A stretch of DNA of 64,000 nt, taken from assembly GCA_024679065.1 (NCBI GenBank), contig JAGIQG010000012.1, forward strand, positions 54,188,001-54,252,000, given 5' to 3'. The position numbers were made by a program, and so were the translations under genes. This document shows positions 25,921 through 38,881 of the stretch, piece by piece. The notes under the pieces were generated by a model. The model ran no database searches, was not told where the DNA came from, and was given only the letters and a program-made list of their open reading frames with translations. Every line of letters begins with the position of its first letter. Within the stretch, counting starts at the first letter, position 1. This stretch comes from Sphyrna mokarran (lineage: Eukaryota).

Positions 25921-27515
25921 CTAAAAGGATTAAAGACATGTCAACTTAAAAGAAGTTTCTGGTACATCAAATGATAAGGCAAAAATATTTGCAGAAAGTA
26001 TCTGTCTGTGGAAAACACTGAAAAGAAAGGAAAATGTATACATTTGAATTACACCTTGTCATTGTCTGAAAATCTGTTTGACAGTAATGTTAAAGCTGAC
26101 AGTAACAACATGAGATTTTCCATTTCATTTTCAACAGTACATTCATCCTCTTTGACTTTTACCCAATTTAAAACTAGTTTATATGTAAACTTGTCAATCT
26201 AGCAATTTACTCAGGGGAACAAGTGTACTTTACCAAGGATGTTGCAGTTCAGAAACCTGTCAAGAAAAGCCTATAATATACTCCTTTTCATGTTCATTGT
26301 TGCTTAAGTAGCATCTATTGGAGATCAATACTATCCATTAAAGAATAATTTTAGCTTTTCAAATTGAACCATATGTATTATTAAAGATGATATAGCTGTA
26401 TGATTATTGAATTCTCTTACACTCGAACTAAGACGCATATTAAAATATACTAGACATATTGGCCAACACAGAGATAAATAACCGAATTAATTTTCTTAAG
26501 CAAAGTATAAACATGTTGGAAAATGAACTATTGTAACTAATTAATTAATTATTGGTTGACTAGAGTGGTATTGCTTGGGTCCAAATAAAAATATTTCTGA
26601 TCTTAGAACTGATACTGTATTTCTTCCTCCACTAATTATTTTCCTATGTTTTGTACTGTCTTTCAATTTGTCTTATCTCTCCCTCTTTCCTCGTTTCTCT
26701 TTATGACTTCAAATACTTTTCTCCCTCTAGTACCTGTTGTCCAGATATTAACAGAGGCAGGTAAATTAAAGTGGAGCAGAGAACGTCAGACAGGAAATTG
26801 GGAATTCCCCAAATGCTATGGAGTTTTAATGCCACAGTGTGTCTTTTGTCATTGACAGAATCCTTGTCTGGAAGTCAGCCTGACTGACAGGCTTATCTTC
26901 CAATCACACAGGGAGGATTCTGGTGTGGACCACAGGGTTGTCGATAGTGAAATTTTGGTTACCTTTAATCTCCAAAATTATGCTGATATATTACAGTGGT
27001 TCATGCTCTGGATCATTGCACTGTTAAGAGGAGTTAAGAAAATGAATTCTACTTCCCATTATGAAATGGATTATGATGGTGAAATTGATCTGCAATAATA
27101 GCACAAATTGGGCTCAAAGTGAGTTGGCAGTTGGTTTTACGCCATCTACTAAAAGAGAAATTACTTGTTGAAATGGTCTGAGTTTCTTTGTTTCATTTCA
27201 GAAGTGATCCAAATTGAGAAATAACATTTCCGTGATTTTTTTTATCATGGAGAATTTTCCATCTAAAGAAAACCACTGAAAAAAAGTCTGGTAAAATCAT
27301 ACTGTCTGTGTGCTGTGACTATCCTGAGTACATGGGAATGATGTGGCATGGCTGTGTTTTCTTCTTAATTAAAAATACAACTGCCTTTTAAACTTTGAAG
27401 ACTATAAGATATCAATCAAATAAAATCTTTGACTGAGATGTTATTAAATAAAAGACAAATTACAATTATATTCATATATTATGCAAATCAGGTGATAAAA
27501 TTTGTTAATACTAAC

Positions 27516-27788
27516 CAGCTTCTGCAGTTCTTCCCGATGCCCACTGTGAGGATGCACTGCCTGCCATATTAATTGTGTGCACTTGAAATTCATACACAGT
27601 AAATGGTACCAGATTAGTAACTGTTGTATGAGTCTGTGGTGAAATTAACACAGTTTCGTTTGGTGATCCTAAGGTTGATTGAGGGTTATACCATCCACTG
27701 TCTTGAAAAATACACTTTTGAGGAGGATCATGTGACCCATCTGGTTGTAAGAGTCCTCGCATATAGAGTTCATATCGAGTTATTATTC
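27516..27788 (-). CDS. USH2A: Usherin exon (human exon 18 equivalent), FN3
   Basis: tttttaccAG|GA and GCTG|GTtagt; 273 nt; IITRYELYMRG...NLVPFTVYEFQVHTINMAGSASSQWASGRTAEA. Confidence 0.93.
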
Positions 27789-28123
27789 CTGGTAAAAAAA
27801 TTTAGATTAGAAATTTACCTTTGTATATTTTACCTCTTCCCACTTACTCTTCAACAATAATATCACACTGTACTTTCATGATTACAAATCACAACTGTTA
27901 AAATTAATTCAGGATCCTGTTAAATCCAACAGGTCAAACCTGGCTAGCCTAACATATGTAGCCAGATATGCCAATGGACAATATACATCTTTAACCAGAT
28001 AAAATTTGGCAAATACAGAAAAATGTCAATTATCAACAAATAATTCTATTTGTTCATGTGAATGATGGTTAAATTGAGCAATGTAACCTAACTGAGAAAC
28101 TGAAGAATGAGAACTAAGAATAT

Positions 28124-28800
28124 AACAACAGAGGATGCTGGAAAAACTCAGGAGATTTGGCAGCATCTGTAGGGAAGGAAACAGTTAATGTTTCAAGTCT
28201 GTTTGGTTCCCCACCAGAACCAAAGATAGGGAGAATGTATTGAATATTAAACTGTAGCTGTGAGGGATTGCAACGAGATGTAGCAACCTTAAGAACAAAA
28301 GTCAGATGACGAGGTGTTGTGGGTGGAGTGATGGGGTTGGGGTTGTGGTTGGTGCATGGAGGTGGGAGGGAGGGGTTTTGCACTGAAATAGTAGATGTAT
28401 CAGATTTGTTTTTGAAAGGGATTTGAGATGTAGGAGAAACATCATTGTCTCAAGCTGTTGAACATGACTTTAGAATAAGCTTCAGTCTGCAAACATGACC
28501 CCAACATTCCTGTTGTGTGCCATTTTAGTTTAGTTTAATTATTAGTGTCACAATTAGGCTTACATTAACACTGCAATGAAGTTATAGTGAAAATTTCCTA
28601 GTTGTCACACTCTGGTGCCTGCTTGGGTGTGCTGAGGAAGAATTTAGCATGGCCAACATCTTGATCTCATGCCCACATGTTCATTGCCTGCTGCAATGCT
28701 CCAGTGAAACCCAACATAGCTGGAGGAGCAGTATCTCATCTTCCAATTCGGCACATTACAGCGCTCAGAACTCAACATTGCATTTAACAACTTTAGACTG
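28124..28800. mobile_element. Decayed Penelope-like element (second family) with a partial V-SINE (about 28527-28655) inside
   Basis: Terminus ACAGAGGATGCTGGAAAAACTCAGGAGATTTGGCAGCATCTGT is shared with the 47.4 kb and 63.3 kb copies. 28690-28797 (+) reads, across a frameshift, LLQCSSETQ..LEEQYLIFQFGTLQRSELNIAFNNFR, typical of the PLE endonuclease C-terminus. Confidence 0.7.
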
Positions 28801-29079
28801 TGATCTTTCTTAAAGGTCTTAAGAAAAATCTTTTCTTAAGCCCCCTTTAGTTTAAATATCTCATACATTTATTGTCTTAGCGCAAAGACCCTTCTTTCCC
28901 CACATTTGTTATTTGTTTTTAAGGTTGCTCCATCTTAGTGTAATGTTTTAATATCTAACGCATTCTCCCTCCCTGAAGCATAACTCTCTGTTTTCTGTCT
29001 TTCCAGGTGAAAAGAGTGTTGAATTCATGGGGGAGCCAGAGAACGAGATAGGCAGGGGAGGGGGGCTATCTTGTGACAG

Positions 29080-29300
29080 TCATCCTGATGGCAACTGGCA
29101 ATGTGTTCCTTCTTGTCTCACTGATAAGCAGACCTTGCTCCAGAAGGCTGTAGATGTCATTAATGACTTTCCATAAAGACTGAGCCTCAAACAGCACTGG
29201 TTCTCACAAACATGGATAAAACTGATCTTCTGCCTGTAGGTCCTGTTAGAAGGTCTTTCCTTTTTAGAGCTGGATCCCTGTGTCCATTGAAATGGCAGAT
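29080..29300 (-). mobile_element. Harbinger transposase N-terminal fragment
   Basis: RTYRQKISFIHVCENQCCLRLSL, then after a frameshift KVINDIYSLLEQGLLISETRRNTLPVAIR; parallels the N-terminus of the 23.4 kb transposase. Confidence 0.6.
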
Positions 29301-29791
29301 GGATTTTGCTGTCGTCACTCTTGCTGCTGTTAGTATCACTGATGCTGCTCTTCTTGTTCTTCACTAGAGCTACATGAGTGACTTCCACACTGCAATAAAG
29401 GCTGACAGCAGGAAAGTGTAGATCAAGGTGAGTGAAGTCCAATGTAGATGAACTAACTTCTAAGAAATTGGAAGTTACTTGCCAAGCAGGGAAATTAACA
29501 CACCCTCACAAGAAACATTCTGAGCATCAGTCTGCTACCACAGCATGGCTACAACTATTCAGTTTCACTGAAGGCTTCCCAACCTGTCATCATTCTCTGA
29601 TATGCTCACACTTTGTTAACCCCTGGCAAGTTCCACATGGAAGCCCATGTATTAGTTAATAAAGCCAGAATGGCTACATCTGCAGTTAATTGAGAATTTA
29701 ATGATTGACATTACTAATCTGGCAGTTCCATAAGGTTTCCCACTCACCTTCAAACCCATCTAAGTTAAATCCAAAGGTGGGTGAGATCTTC

Positions 29792-30106
29792 TAGAATCAT
29801 GGAATCCTACAGTGCAGAGGAAGCCATTTGGCCCATCAAGTCTACACCGATTATAATCCCACTCAGGACTCCATAACCTCATGTATTTACCCTAGCTAGT
29901 CCCCCTGGGCAGTAAGGTGCAATGTAGCATGGCCACCTAACCTGCGCTTCTTGGAGTGTGGGAGAAAACCAGAGCACCCGGAGGAAATTCATGCAGATAT
30001 GGAGAGAATGCAAATTTCACACAGACAGTGACCCAAGCCAGGAATCGAACCCGCTTCTCTGGTGCTGTGAAGTAGCAGTGCTAATCACTGTGCCCCCATG
30101 TCACCC
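29792..30106 (-). mobile_element. HE1/V-SINE
   Basis: Same reversed head, core and tail as 13828-14138. Confidence 0.85.
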
Positions 30107-31866
30107 AATGGCACATTGTCAGGCTGTTAACCAAATGTCCCGAACCTAACCCACCTTCCCCTTGACAATTAAAGTTCTAACCTAGTACACTGTTATGAAC
30201 TCTTATTTGTCATAAATTATTTCAACAGTAGCCTAGGGAAAGGTAAAAGTATCATGATTATTTTCAACGTATCCAATGTCACTGCAGCCCAATATGTATT
30301 TGTCAGTTATTCATTTGCTGGCACATCAGATTTGCAAGTATCAAGCTGCAAGAAAACAAAGTTACAGAAATAAATATGGAAGGTTTAATCATTGAACTTC
30401 CTTTGTATATCAGCGGATTTATATATTAATGGATTTACATTCAGAAAAGCAGCCTGGAGGTGCTGATTTATAAATATGAATTACATGCCTTTGCAGTTAT
30501 ATTTCCAAAATAATTTGAATACATATCAGTTGAGTATTGAATGCTATTAAAGGTAGAAATGGTTATAAATTTAGTGAACATGTGAAAACAATATTGATTA
30601 TTATTCACTCGGTTGCTTCTTTAACAAAAACCCCTTTTGTCACCTGAGCAATACTTCCATCAAACCATGTCAGGATAATATATGTACCTACAGAAGCAAT
30701 TCTAGCAGTGTAAAAACATTTTTAAAGCCAATGTCAGGCTTGTCCTCTAAGGATACATTTATATTTCTAGCTAAATGATGATATAGACTGAACATTACAT
30801 TTTACAGAAAGTCAGCCAACAACTCAGGAAGAACTCTTGACAGTTACCCAAAGGATCGTGATTGCATGTCTTATCACTGTAAGTTATTAGCTCAGAGTGT
30901 TGAGTTTTGTCTGATTTTAGCGAGGCTATTGGAAAAAGACAACACAGACAGATATGCCACTTCGCTACAGGAGGAGTGAAAGGAAACTTCACTTGAATAC
31001 GTTCCTCATGCTGACTAATGATAGCAGCATTGACAGTCACCATTGAGATATTTACAGCCGAGGCAATTTTACTTTCTGGCTCTCTTGTTGGAGAAGATAT
31101 GGAGGAGGTGAGGGGGTAGATGTGATTCTCCCAGCCTGCTGTGCTGCTCTAAAAGCAAAATAGTCCGAGAGACTATTCAGTGGAAGCCATTTCGTGGGCT
31201 GCCCATTGGCGCCAAGGCCTCTGCGTGTCTCTGACACCAAGATTTTGAGAGCGATCAGCTCCATGACAATGGGACAAATTGCAATGTTGACATGACATTC
31301 ATACCTGATTAGCGAGTCCGGGACTGAAGTTTCTGAGCCTGCTAACGAATCATCTGTGCCCCCCCAACCAGGAATTGTTCATTCCAGCGATGCTTACAAC
31401 TGTTTTCCACTAATAGGTGGGAACCCCGTTGGAATGGAGAGGCCATTGATGCCCTTCCAAAAGGTGGTGGTTAAGGGGGGCAGGGGAGCTGTTTCCTGGG
31501 CAGTGCCAGCCTGGCCCCCTGGCATGGCCCAAGGATTAAATTGGCAATGCTCACAGGACACCTTAGTACTGACCACTGGGCATCAGGCAGTGCCAAGGGG
31601 CAGCACTGGGAGTGTTATGGGGATAGCCAGTGATCAGGAGACCGCACTGTGGGCCACTGTGCATGTGGGTTGCTCATAATGCATGAATTTGCTTCCATCA
31701 GTCAGGGAATCCTCCCTAGTTCAATCAAATGTCAAAATTAAAATTAATGTATCTAGAAGTTGTTAATTAAAGCAAATTTCAAATTTGGTATTTCATATGT
31801 TTGTTAAAGTTTAACATGCTAATATATGAATATAATACTTTTGTGAGTTAGAAAATTAAGTCTTAC

Positions 31867-32361
31867 CATTAGGTTTTGCGGGAGCAAACCATTCAATAAA
31901 GAGTCCTGTGGAACTGACAGTTCTAATTATTGGAAGACCTTGTTCTTCAGGTGGAGCCTGTTCAGTTATTTCCACAACAGGATTGCTTTCAACACAGCCC
32001 CCAATCGTACAAGCCTGGACACTGAAAGTGTATTTTGTGAATGGAGTCAATTCATTCAAAGTCACAAATGTTTGAAGGCCTTGGAAATGCACGTGAGCCA
32101 CAGGATCAGCCAGAGTAGTAGATTTCAGTATATATCTCTCAAGAGGTCCTGAAGCATTTGACGGAGTTGTCCAGTTTAACGAAACTGATCGTGATCCAAC
32201 AAATCCAACATGACTCAAATGAAAGAGTCCAGTAGGACAGCCAGTCTTTGTGCGATAGCTACTAATGTTGCTTCTTGTGCTGCCATGAACATTACTTGCC
32301 ACAATATAATAAGAGTAGATTTTGTAAGGTGTTAAACCAGTATCACTGAAGTTATTGAGAC
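31867..32361 (-). CDS. USH2A: Usherin exon (human exon 17 equivalent), FN3 domains
   Basis: taaAG|GT and AATG|GTaaga; 495 nt; LNNFSDTGLTPYKIY...LTPFTKYTFSVQACTIGGCVES...WFAPAKPN. Confidence 0.95.
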
Positions 32362-33064
32362 CTTTAAAAGAACAAAGTTATGTACTTATTCATTTAAATA
32401 AAGCACTGTGAAAAATATTCAATTTATATTGGAATTGTTGGAAATTATAGCTAATGGGTTTTTGTGATATTTACATTCAAAAGATTTATTTCCTCATGTT
32501 CAATCTTAAGAAATAAAAATAAATTGTTACATTCCTACACATCATGTTTAGTTGTGTGATGGTCACAAGGCTGAGAATTATCAAACTACTGTGATAAATT
32601 CATGAGCACTCAATAAGCTGTTTGATCCCTCACATTAAATTAATAATGAAATAGAAAGCATTGGTATTATTATTCACCTTAATTTTGCAACACTTGATTT
32701 GAAAAGAAATTTACATAAAGAAAGGACAAAACAATTACTTTCTGATCTCAAATTGCCCATTTAGAGTAGTACTCACTTCCACTTAGATTTGTTCTAACTA
32801 TAAAATGCAGTGTAGAAATTAATTTGGGCGATTTTATTATATGGACACTTAATGCTTGGTAACAAACATTCTACTAACCAAAATGGTATGCTATACAAAA
32901 TTAATTGGTCAATACTCTGCTAAAATAACAACAAAAAGAATTTGATATGAATGCTTTTGGCATTTGTAAAGTGTTCCCACTTGCATTTTCACTGTAACTT
33001 CCAGTGTCTCCTTATTAATTGAATTGGCTAACTTCTTTATACGATGATGTTATTTGAAACACAG

Positions 33065-33180
33065 GTCGAATTTCTCCGATCTTACGGGCGACGGGAATTA
33101 CCACTGTGAATGAAGACTTGGCTGAGGGCCAAATTCTCCTGTAGTGGTAGCGAGGTGTGTGAGACTGGAGGATTCTGGCC
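33065..33180. mobile_element. Short MITE-like element
   Basis: Terminal inverted repeats GGTCGAATTTCTCC / GGAGGATTCTGGCC; related copy at 48332-48468. Confidence 0.55.
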
Positions 33181-33848
33181 ACAATTTTCAATTTCACAGT
33201 CAATTATAATATTTCAAAAACACATTGGGGCTGAAATTGGTCTTTACTGACAACACCAAGCAAGCAATAACAAATTGGCAACTCCTTTTACATCCAATCA
33301 ATTTTCTTTTCCATTCGAGACAGGTGGGTGTGAAACGGATTGCCAATTTGTTACTGGCAGCTTATTTCCCCACCAAACACCTTCAATCCAAAAGTGGGAA
33401 CTGCAATAGGATTTTGTCAATTAAATAATCTACCCACCTTGGAAAGAAAGGTATAAAAATCATTGCAAAATTTGGTTTGATGTTCAAGTCAGGCAGCTTG
33501 ATCAGCAACTAAAAGAACTGTCACCAGGGAGTTTGAGTACTTGCTGGGTAATCAAATGAATGATTTATTTTAATGTACGTGTGACTAATAGGTGTATTGT
33601 TAAAGTTTATATCGTAATTTGTGTATTGCTTTGTTCAAGCCTTAAATCGACTTTAGTGTTTAATTTGAGCTTTTAATTCTTTCTCATTATCTCTCAAAAT
33701 ACTCATGCCTGATCAGTAGTGTAATCTGTCAGGGATAGAGGTTTTATTTTACAATTCATATAAAATTATCTTGTCCATCATTTTTGTATACACAATTGGG
33801 AAGGAATTGGATTTAGTAGCACCCTTGATTTAGTGCATGAGAATCACT

Positions 33849-34120
33849 TGGCATGGTAGTACAATGATTAGCACTGCTGCCTCAGAGCACCAGCCACCTG
33901 AGTTTGATTCCCAGCTTGGGTCACTGTGTAGAGTTTACACTTTCTCCCCGAGTCCACGTGGATTTCTTTTGGGTGCTCCAGTTTCGTCCCACGTTCTGGG
34001 AGACGTACTGGTTAAGTGCACTGACTCACAGATGCCAGAGTGTGGCTACTAGGGGAATTTCACAGTAACATCAATGCAGTGTTAATGTAAGCCTAATTGT
34101 GACTCATAAATAAACTTTAA
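33849..34120 (+). mobile_element. HE1/V-SINE
   Basis: TTAGCACTGCTGCCTCAGAGCACC...TTTGATTCCCAGCTTGGGTCACTG head; tail TTTCACAGTAAC...ATAAATAAACTTTAACT. Confidence 0.85.
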
Positions 34121-34639
34121 CTGGGATTGAAAATGACATGAGCACATGTATGGTTAACACCTGCCAGAACATAGAGAGCAGGTAGTTCATGATGTCAAAC
34201 AACTTTAACATTGATTTGACACCTTCCCTTCCATAGTGTAGCTCAAAAATTCAGCCCACATTCTTGCTTAAACTTGCACAGCTAAACATATGTTAAGCAA
34301 GCTAAAGGACACCATCTCACTCACTGTATACTAAGGGAGCATTATCTACTTGCAAGGTTTCATTACTGGCTGCTTTCTTCAGGCTGTTCTTGCAACCTCA
34401 AATATTTTTAATGCTTTCCATTGTGGATTCAAGTTTCAAAAGTTTACAATGATTGATATGGCAGCTGCTGAAGGGCTTTTTGCTATCCTCAAGGCTTCAG
34501 AACAACTAACTGTGTTCAGACATAATTGTCCTTGTATGTCTTCTTTTTGAACAAAGCATGGTAGGGAGAATGTTCACAAGCCACATCAAGCTGCTAAAAG
34601 AGGGAGAAGGTGGAGCTGGAGAAGGGAAAAGCAAGAAGC

Positions 34640-34740
34640 CAGGTCTTTAGGGAGCATTCTCCTGTGGACAATTATTGCAATGTCTATGTTTCACCAAGGA
34701 ACTCCTCACTGGAATCTGCCAACTGCTGCAGCCACAAATG
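34640..34740 (+). mobile_element. Very decayed Harbinger transposase N-terminal fragment
   Basis: Reads LCFTKELLTGICQLLQPQ, matching the LCFSMDIFTETC..LLQPPL segment of the 53.9 kb copy. Confidence 0.45.
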
Positions 34741-36824
34741 TAACATCTTATCTCATAGAGCTATCTTCTCTTAGTATCTTTTGACCATTCATCTGGAAGG
34801 CCTCCAATTCACCTGTGGAGAAAGGGCCCATCTCCTCCTTTCCATCTCCTTCATAACACTGTCAGTGCAGCATTAGAAAACTTGGATGCCTATGTTCTTC
34901 CATGTTCAGCCAGTCTTCTTTCTTTGAAAAGTTAAATTCAGCTCACCTTCTCCAACTATGATGCATCACCTCTTTAAGAGGTGTTGCCTATATCTTTAAA
35001 CAATGGAAGCTTGTTTTAACCTGTGCAGGCTAGTTATAAGTGTTGCTAGCATGTATTCGTTGTGGGCTCCCTACTGGCCCATGCAGCCAATCAACAGCAT
35101 GGCTGGTACTGGTTATATGCAGATATTAATGCTAATGAAAAGTTAGCATAAAGGTGCCTGAAACACCACATTGCAATTCCTGTGCCAATTTTTGGATCTA
35201 TCTAATTTAGCCTGATTATATCATTTTGAAGTAAAATTGTTTTAAAATAATAGATAAAGGAATTTCATATGAACATGTCATTTTCCGAGCTCAAACCTCA
35301 CTGTGCAATTTTAATCCATATGCTTTCTTATATGTTGGGTAGTTACTGTGAGCTAGAACATGAAGTGAGAAACATATCAGTGCTGCTTATTTAGTTTCCC
35401 CAGTAATGGCATTGTACATTCGTGTGCCTTTAAGAAATGTATTTTATATCATGTGTTTCATATTTCAACTTTAATAATAGTGCCATTTGTTGACAGCCAG
35501 CAGCTCATCTGGTGATACCACAGAAATTTAATTGTTCCTAATTATTGGAGTGATTGGTTTAATCTATGCTAATGCATTATTGTTATTCTTAGAGTTGTCC
35601 CCTGGGTTTTTCAGAATAGGGTTTGATTAGTTTGATTGGCAAGAAGAAAATCATGTGTACGTGTGGAACTATGCTTACAGAGAGGGAAAATAGGCAGTTG
35701 CAATTTGAATTTGAAAACAACAGTTGCTTTTTTTTGCTTTCTTTCTGAAAATTGAGACCTGCTAGGAAAGAGGATCTTTCTCCAGAGGTCTGCAAAATAT
35801 GATTTCTCTGCCTCCCTCTCTCCCTCTCTTTCTTACTGGAGTTCTGTTGTGTGAAGACTGCTCTTCCTTTGGAGGCTGTGTTCTGAGAGTCAATGGATAG
35901 GTGTCTTCTGTACCTTTGTCTGGAGTGGTAAAAGGCCAGAGAATTAAAAATTCATTTAAGCCTGTGTGTCTTGCTAACTGATTCTAAAGAGGAATTTATG
36001 TCTATGAGGATATTGCTTAAATTGGAACTTATAGAAATACTAAGCAGTTAAGAATCATACCTTTTCATGTTTAAATATTTCAATTGATAAAAGCCATGCT
36101 AATTATTTTTGTTATATTTAAACTGTATTGTTAATTAAAGTTTATTTTCATGAAAGTTTCCTAGTGGGTTAATAAAATCATATTCGGAGTGGAATGCCTT
36201 ATGCTCATATGAATGCCAAAATCAAAAAATAGTTAGGCTCTAATTTAACTTCACAAGATGCCTTAGAGTTTTTCATCTGGTCCTTAACAATATGGAGTGC
36301 TGAATGTTCATCACTATGGAATCTTATTAGTACTGTGTTCAGGAAAATCACTGTTAACAGTCACGTCACAGAAATGTAGAGAAAAAGCATTTGTCAAATA
36401 AGTTTCTTTCCAGCACCAATCCACAAAGAGTCCTCAGTAAAGAACATTCACTCATTCCACCAAGTCTACTAAATTTTTAATTTTGGTTACATCACCTTGA
36501 AGAACTTAATAGAGGTGAGCACTGTTCCTACATAGGGAAGGAGTGTCACCTCAAGCCACTCTGACTAGCAGATGGTTCAGAACACATAGATAAAAACTAG
36601 TGACAATGATCTGCTTGCCCTTTTGGCCACGTATTAGTATACAAACCAGAAATAGAAATAATATGACAAAAAAGAAACAAAGCAATTCTAGGTCTTCATT
36701 TTAAAAATTGCTTCCAGTTATATAAGAACATTAATTGATGGAAGTTACGACAAATTTTAACATTTTTCACGATCTCATTCCCAAATAACCACTTAGAGTA
36801 TTTAAGGAAAAGAAAACAGCTTAC

Positions 36825-36983
36825 CAAATGGATACTTATCCTGAACAGTATAAATTTCTACTCCATCTCTATACAGTGTATATGTGAGTTCATTAGTGTT
36901 TGGTGCATCCGGTGGACTCCATAATAGATGAACAGCAGTAGAACTCAAAACATGGGCTCTTGGTGGAGGTTGCTGAACTGGAG
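36825..36983 (-). CDS. USH2A: Usherin exon (human exon 16 equivalent), start of first fibronectin type III domain
   Basis: Not in the ORF track; read by hand: atatAG|CT and TTTG|GTaagc; 159 nt; (T)PVQQPPPRAHVLSSTAVHLLWSPPDAPNTNELTYTLYRDGVEIYTVQDKYPF. Confidence 0.95.
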
Positions 36984-37025
36984 CTATATTAATTAAAATA
37001 CAACTTGTAACATATTTTAAAATGA

Positions 37026-37437
37026 AACAACTTGCATTTATATTTCAATTTTCACAACCATGGGATGTTCCAAAGCATTCTACAGACAATTAAGTACTTC
37101 AAAGTGTAGTCATATAGGAAATGTAGAAAACAAGGCAGCCAATATGCTATTTTGCACATTAAGGTCCTACAAATTGCAAAGGAAGAAATTGCCAAATCAT
37201 CTGTTTTAAATGTAGATTGAGAGTTAAATGATGGCTCGGGCACTGGGAAACTGCCATTCCTATTCTTTTGATTGCATTGCAGGATTTTTATTTTTATCTT
37301 CACTGGATACGGCAGTCAGGGCCTTGGTTTATTGTTCAGATGAAAGATGGCACCTCCAATGGTGCAGCACTTTCCTCAGGACTGCATGGAAGTGATAATG
37401 CTCAAGTCTCTGGAGTGTAACTTGAACCTGCAACCTA
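37026..37437 (-). mobile_element. DeuSINE (SacSINE1/AmnSINE-related)
   Basis: GGCCTTGGTTTATTGTTCAGATGAAAGATGGCACCTCCAATGGTGCAGCACTTTCCTCAGGACTGCA resembles the reversed Deu domain; reversed head TGCTCAAGTCTCTGGAGTGTAACTTGAACC; reversed tail AACAACTTGCATTTATA. Confidence 0.7.
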
Positions 37438-38017
37438 AGCTGTGCAAGTGGAACATCCCTGTTTTTTGCGTTGAGAATTCTGAACATAACTATTGACCTG
37501 GAATTTGCTGAAGAATGACACATGCGTAAATCAGCTAACCTGTGATGAAATGACATAGCACGTGAATTCCAAATTGCTACTAACACCTGTCCTATTTGTG
37601 CCATAGGCTTTGTGAAAATGGACTATCTTCAACTTTGCCATGAGTTTCATAAAATTGCTACATTTACTTATTCATTGACTTATTAAACTTACGACAGAAA
37701 GTTAAGTCTAGTAGTTAATGGCACAAGTACGGTTTCAACAATATGCTAATTGTTGATGACTGCCAATCAACCTCTCTGGAGCAAAAGGTGAACACTTAAC
37801 AGTATGGAGTCTTATATTTTTGAAGTAATGAATTGTTGTTGAATTTAAATTTGAATTATTTTTCTTACATTCCCTTTCTGTTTTAACTTAATCATTCTTT
37901 TTCCTTATTGGTCTTCTTAGGTCAGATTTGACCTTTTTATTCAACCTTTGTCTCCAGCTGTTTAATTCTTAATCTTTAAATTTCATTGTTTGAGATGACA
38001 CTCTATTGATCTCTTTG

Positions 38018-38108
38018 CACAGTAAGAAGTCTCACAACACCCGGCTAAAGTCCAGTAGGTTTATTTGGTAGCACATGCCACTAGCTTTCGGAATACTGCC
38101 CCTTCATC
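38018..38108 (-). mobile_element. Penelope terminal fragment with truncated hammerhead motif
   Basis: CACAGTAAGAAGTCTCACAACAC...CACTAGCTTTCGGAATACTGCCCCTTCATC, same family as the 18.8 kb element. Confidence 0.75.
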
Positions 38109-38717
38109 TCTTTGTTCACCAAGTCCCAAATGTCTTCTTCTCCTTACGCATCATTATCACCTTGTATTTCCCAATTGTTTTTTATTGAATAATGCAGAGA
38201 AATGTTTAATTAACTAAGCACACCATGGACTTCCCAATTCCTGCAAATTCCAGACCATTAATGTGTTGTCCTTATTAGTAAGGGCATTTTATGACCAATT
38301 GCAGAGTTGCCCTTAACCTTTGGCATCCATCCAACAACAACTTTCATATATACAGCGTTGCTGCTAATGCTGAAAAACATTTCAAATTGCATAGATTAAG
38401 GCCTGCATTTAGCCCAATTTGCACAAGCACCATCCATCTGTTTTGGTAATAGTTGATACCTCAAAATGATATATAACGTACAGAATCGATCCATAAAATA
38501 AAACATTTTCAAACAGAAACTGATTACACTGTTTGGCATTAGAATGATTATGATGTACTAAAGCTGAGAAAGCAAACCTTGAATTTTCTGCTGTCACCAG
38601 TGTTTGGAAGGCAAACCTCTGAAATGGGACTGTCAAACAATACTCAGCTATACCATACTCCAGTGTCAACTTGTAAATACCCGCCATAAATTTGCTTGCA
38701 GAAAAATAATTACTTAC

Positions 38718-38881
38718 TTTTACTGCAGCCAAATATGTTGTTCACATCCAAATGGCTCATATTGTGGGCGCATACATCACATTTTAAACCGGTTACAAAC
38801 TGTTTACAGAAACATGCTCCATTTGTTTGGTGGCAAGTGGCATTAACGCTGCCTGCAGGGTTGCAATTGCATGGATGACAG
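38718..38881 (-). CDS. USH2A: Usherin exon (human exon 15 equivalent), last laminin EGF-like domain
   Basis: tttacAG|C and AAAA|GTaagt; 164 nt; (S)CHPCNCNPAGSVNATCHQTNGACFCKQFVTGLKCDVCAHNMSHLDVNNIFGCSK. Confidence 0.95.
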
